A stretch of DNA of 20,000 bases from an uncultured virus (IMG/VR IMGVR_UViG_3300028591_000111) (lineage: Duplodnaviria > Heunggongvirae > Uroviricota > Caudoviricetes), in IMG/VR virus record IMGVR_UViG_3300028591_000111, one strand, 5' to 3'. Positions 17,105 through 20,000 of the stretch are shown in pieces. The position numbers and the translations under genes were made by a program. Below the pieces are notes generated by a model that was not told the origin of the DNA, did no database searches, and worked only from the letters and a program-made list of their open reading frames with translations. Each line of letters opens with the position of its first letter. Position 1 is the first letter of the stretch.

Positions 17105-19609
17105 CTAATATATAGTTCTAACACAAAGAATTAAATAGCTTTTAGTTGTATCACTGGGTCTGCCCATTCCACAAGATAATATCCATTTTGTGTTTTTATA
17201 ATCGTCTATATTACCAATACCAGCGGAAATAGCATTAATAGTACCATCTTGAAGAGTTATCAGAGGTATCTGAGCTGATCCAATGGTATCACTAACAACG
17301 CTTCCATCGTAATTACTGAAATAAAAAGAACTCCCTGTTGGAATTTCAACGTTTGCATATTTTGCAGTAAGAAAAAACAATTTAACACATGGTGTATTGC
17401 ACATAATAGTATCGCAAAAAACATCTCGCCATGCGTTTAGTCTACTGCCAATATCCATATCTTTACCTGAAAAAGACCAGTGCCTTAATTCTGTTCTATT
17501 AGAAGCTGGTGAGTACCTTCCAAATCCAATACCTCCTAATTCATTTTCAGAATTACCACTAACATTCCAAAACATAGAATTTACGTTCAATGATTCAGTC
17601 ATATAATCTGTATTATTCTCATTAGAAGCTTTAAAACTTACAATCTTAGGTTCAGTATGTAACTCTGTTTTATATTTATCTGTTTTATTACTAGAGTTTA
17701 TATATATTTGACCATCACCCATAAATGTTATTGATTCTTCACATGTTTTATTTGTATTAGAATCAGAATATGTATTTTTTAATATTATATTAAATTCATT
17801 CATTGAAAAAGATGATGATGAATCACCAGTAGTTTGAACATTAATGTTTTTGTTTACACCATTTACAACAAAAGTATGATCAGTAATGTTATTATCTCCA
17901 CCAATAGCTTTCAATGTGTCAAACAGAGTAATCATATCGACGGCACGACCCGTCTCAGGCATTGTCATACCATCGTAACTAAGATCACCTGTCTCGCTAT
18001 AGTGATACATTAAATCAAGAACACCATTGTCATCGCCATCGCTGTCCTTGACTTTGACAATCTTCACTTCACCATATTCTGTTTCTGTCGCAATTTTCTG
18101 AGTCTCTGCGACTGGATATAAACCTTCTGTAAAATCATCAACAACAACGCCACCCAGAACAACAGTATCGTCATCCTCTGCGTTCTCGTTTGTTGCTGGC
18201 ACTAAATTACTCAAGCACTTCGTTAAATGCGTGTTTACGATAGCCTCTTCGATGTTCTGGCGCATACGTTTAACGACTGGCACACGATACATTACTTCAC
18301 CGATTTCAATTCCTTCGTGTGCTTTTGTCGCATAATACTCGTTGCTATAACTATCGGATTCTGCATTATAGAAAGCGAGCGGCATACAACATTCAAACTG
18401 ATAACCACTTTCAGTTTTTTGTACTGGTGACGACCAGAATGTGTAGTCGCGACCACCCATGCCGTTTATATTGCTTTCAAGCGTCATGGGATGAGCAACA
18501 TTCTCTGCATCAAAATAAACAGGGCACTCCTCGCTATTGTCCCAATAAGATTTATAAAGTATATATGTTCCTCTATTCTTGCTATATTGCAATGAATATT
18601 GAATATTAAATCTTTGTTCTGTCGTTGGAATAAGAGTTCCATCATGTGAAACAAATGGCGCAATTGTTGGCTTTTCTGTTATATCAAATTTAAAGAATAA
18701 CAAAAGATGAGATTTTTCGTTAGCATTTCTTCGATAATGCAGAGGCTCAACATAAGAAAATTCTATTCCAAATGGCGTTAAATATCTGTCTTGAAATTCT
18801 TGTTTGTAACAATCAGATATATTTAATATAAATGTTGCTACACTTCCAGTACTTGTACAACAGTATGTATTACAACAAAAATCACGATAAAAATCATGTG
18901 ATGATGTGTTGTAAGAGGTTGTCCCAGGTATCGGGTAATTACCTGATATTGACTCTAATTTCTCTCGGCTTTCAAATCCAAAAATAAAATCAACTATACC
19001 AGAACTTAAATTATCAATAACAGATATAGCTGTGTCTAACTCATTGATTATTTGTTGTCTTGTTCTATAATTTCCATTATTTTTCTTAAATATAATATGA
19101 AGCTGATCATCCGAAATTAAAGTTTGGTCTTGTATAGCTGTTTTAAATCTATCCAACGCATCTTTTGTTGCTTCAACTCTTTCTGACTCAGACAATGTTG
19201 AATTACAATTATAAACATGTGATATTCCAACTTTATATGGTGACAAAAAATCTATAATTTCATTTGTTGTCGCATTTCTTAAAACTTCTTGAACAAGAAA
19301 CGGATGATTAAAATCAACAATAGGTATATCAAATCCACAAACATTAGCTTTAATATCACCAAACTTTCGATAATTTATTACATAATCAAATTTATGATTA
19401 TCATCGTAAACAGTACTTTTAGCTAAATTCAATAATTCTTTTATATTAAGATTTCTGCTAAAGCCGAATTCAAGTGACTGTCTGGATGACATATATGCTT
19501 TCAAGAAATCAGACAGACCCATTAAACCATCATTCCATCTGCTCAAAGCACAATTCGCAGTTGTATCTGGTGTTGGCACAAAATAGCTGAAATCAAACGT
19601 ATTATTCAT
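17105..19609 (-). CDS. Tail fibre-like protein (834 aa)
   Basis: ATG 19609 (MNNTFDF) with GGAG RBS preferred over 19651. IATETEYGEVKI resembles the AT....G.V.l tail-fibre repeat; DIGSRLNAWRDVF resembles the dlGS....W..vy fibre motif; beta-rich distal part. Confidence 0.6.
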   Translation of the reverse strand: MNNTFDFSYFVPTPDTTANCALSRWNDGLMGLSDFLKAYMSSRQSLEFGFSRNLNIKELLNLAKSTVYDDNHKFDYVINYRKFGDIKANVCGFDIPIVDFNHPFLVQEVLRNATTNEIIDFLSPYKVGISHVYNCNSTLSESERVEATKDALDRFKTAIQDQTLISDDQLHIIFKKNNGNYRTRQQIINELDTAISVIDNLSSGIVDFIFGFESREKLESISGNYPIPGTTSYNTSSHDFYRDFCCNTYCCTSTGSVATFILNISDCYKQEFQDRYLTPFGIEFSYVEPLHYRRNANEKSHLLLFFKFDITEKPTIAPFVSHDGTLIPTTEQRFNIQYSLQYSKNRGTYILYKSYWDNSEECPVYFDAENVAHPMTLESNINGMGGRDYTFWSSPVQKTESGYQFECCMPLAFYNAESDSYSNEYYATKAHEGIEIGEVMYRVPVVKRMRQNIEEAIVNTHLTKCLSNLVPATNENAEDDDTVVLGGVVVDDFTEGLYPVAETQKIATETEYGEVKIVKVKDSDGDDNGVLDLMYHYSETGDLSYDGMTMPETGRAVDMITLFDTLKAIGGDNNITDHTFVVNGVNKNINVQTTGDSSSSFSMNEFNIILKNTYSDSNTNKTCEESITFMGDGQIYINSSNKTDKYKTELHTEPKIVSFKASNENNTDYMTESLNVNSMFWNVSGNSENELGGIGFGRYSPASNRTELRHWSFSGKDMDIGSRLNAWRDVFCDTIMCNTPCVKLFFLTAKYANVEIPTGSSFYFSNYDGSVVSDTIGSAQIPLITLQDGTINAISAGIGNIDDYKNTKWILSCGMGRPSDTTKSYLILCVRTIY

Positions 19610-19620
19610 TTTCTTTCTCC

Positions 19621-19666
19621 AAAAAAAAATCAAATCAATGCCAATCTGCATTGATACTTTTGATTT
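19621..19666 (-). other. Terminator-like hairpin with U9 tract in the leader of the tail-fibre gene
   Basis: ATCAATGC (19634-19641) / GCATTGAT (19648-19655), extendable past a bulge by AAATCAA/TTGATTT, then T9 directly before the GGAG RBS. Confidence 0.55.
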
Positions 19667-19720
19667 AACTTTAAATTATTTATCGTTAAAAGTCCAAACA
19701 AAAATCAATAACCATTATCT

Positions 19721-19757
19721 TAGATAGAAATACGACCCTTGCAAATAATATCTAATA
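19721..19757. promoter_or_regulatory. Back-to-back TATCTA motifs in a divergent intergenic region
   Basis: TAGATA 19721-19726 (minus-strand TATCTAAGA) and TATCTAATA 19749-19757, the latter 47 nt before ATG 19796. Confidence 0.65.
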
Positions 19758-19795
19758 ATGTTATTATTCCCATGGCTAACATAGGAGATCCGACT

Positions 19796-20000
19796 ATGTA
19801 TGATGGATTAGTAACACGCGAAGATCTTTACAATTCAATAAAAAGAGATGATCTTCTGACAAAGCAGGATGTCATTGACATTATTGAAGAATATCTTTAC
19901 AGAAAAGAGACAGAAGAAGAATGGCAATCGCCTCAAGAACTTGCTGACATAGCGAACGCGCCACCGACTTATCCTGTCATGGAAGCATGGATTGCAAGTA
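19796..20000 (+). CDS. Hypothetical protein, truncated at the right edge
   Basis: AGGAG 19783-19787, ATG 19796 (alternative in-frame ATG 19772): MYDGLVTREDLYNSIKRDDLLTKQDVIDIIEEYLYRKETEEEWQSPQELADIANAPPTYPVMEAWIAS, open to the end. Confidence 0.8.
   Translation, partial: MYDGLVTREDLYNSIKRDDLLTKQDVIDIIEEYLYRKETEEEWQSPQELADIANAPPTYPVMEAWIAS

Noticed and set aside
6065..18609. Short nested ORFs (6065..6259, 7149..7361, 11718..11900, 12231..12419, 13912..14103, 14789..15001, 17397..17606, 18227..18430, 18319..18609)
   Set aside because: They lie within or opposite long genes, with no RBS or protein-like features.
1..20000. Stop-codon reassignment, as in some large gut phages
   Set aside because: Coding density is high in the standard code, and TAA, TAG (4064, 5029, 7567) and TGA (8802, 10041) all end genes at sensible places.
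1..20000. tRNA, rRNA, CRISPR array, integrase/transposase, intron or intein
   Set aside because: Intergenic gaps are under 200 nt with no cloverleaf or array visible, and I recognised no catalytic or splicing motifs.

Overview
AT-rich (roughly 25-30% GC over most of the tail block, about 40-50% in patches, by spot counts) segment of a large contractile-tailed phage, probably a jumbo-type myovirus of a Gram-negative host; it reads in the standard genetic code. Left to right: a minus-strand block (truncated acidic protein 1..1224 missed by the ORF track, a protein with a C-terminal Rho-N/HeH-like domain, a CXX-repeat cysteine-rich protein, two hypotheticals); a plus-strand block (T4 gp8/Twort-like baseplate wedge subunit, overlapping i-/o-spanin pair, terminator, unannotated 33-aa membrane peptide); a 14.6-kb minus-strand tail/adsorption block (four tandem ~400-aa paralogues of an unrecognised family, a P2 gpI-like baseplate protein, two degenerate Mtd-like putative receptor-binding proteins, a tail-fibre-like protein); and the start of a divergent gene at the right edge. 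The most notable unannotated signals are a TATCTAATA motif 47-50 nt upstream of start codons on both strands (candidate phage-specific promoter), terminator-like hairpins with U-tracts directly in front of ribosome-binding sites, the four-paralogue array with a 30-bp exact repeat, and DGR-target-like proteins with no RT or template repeat in the window. All family assignments come from motif recognition by eye, not from database searches.
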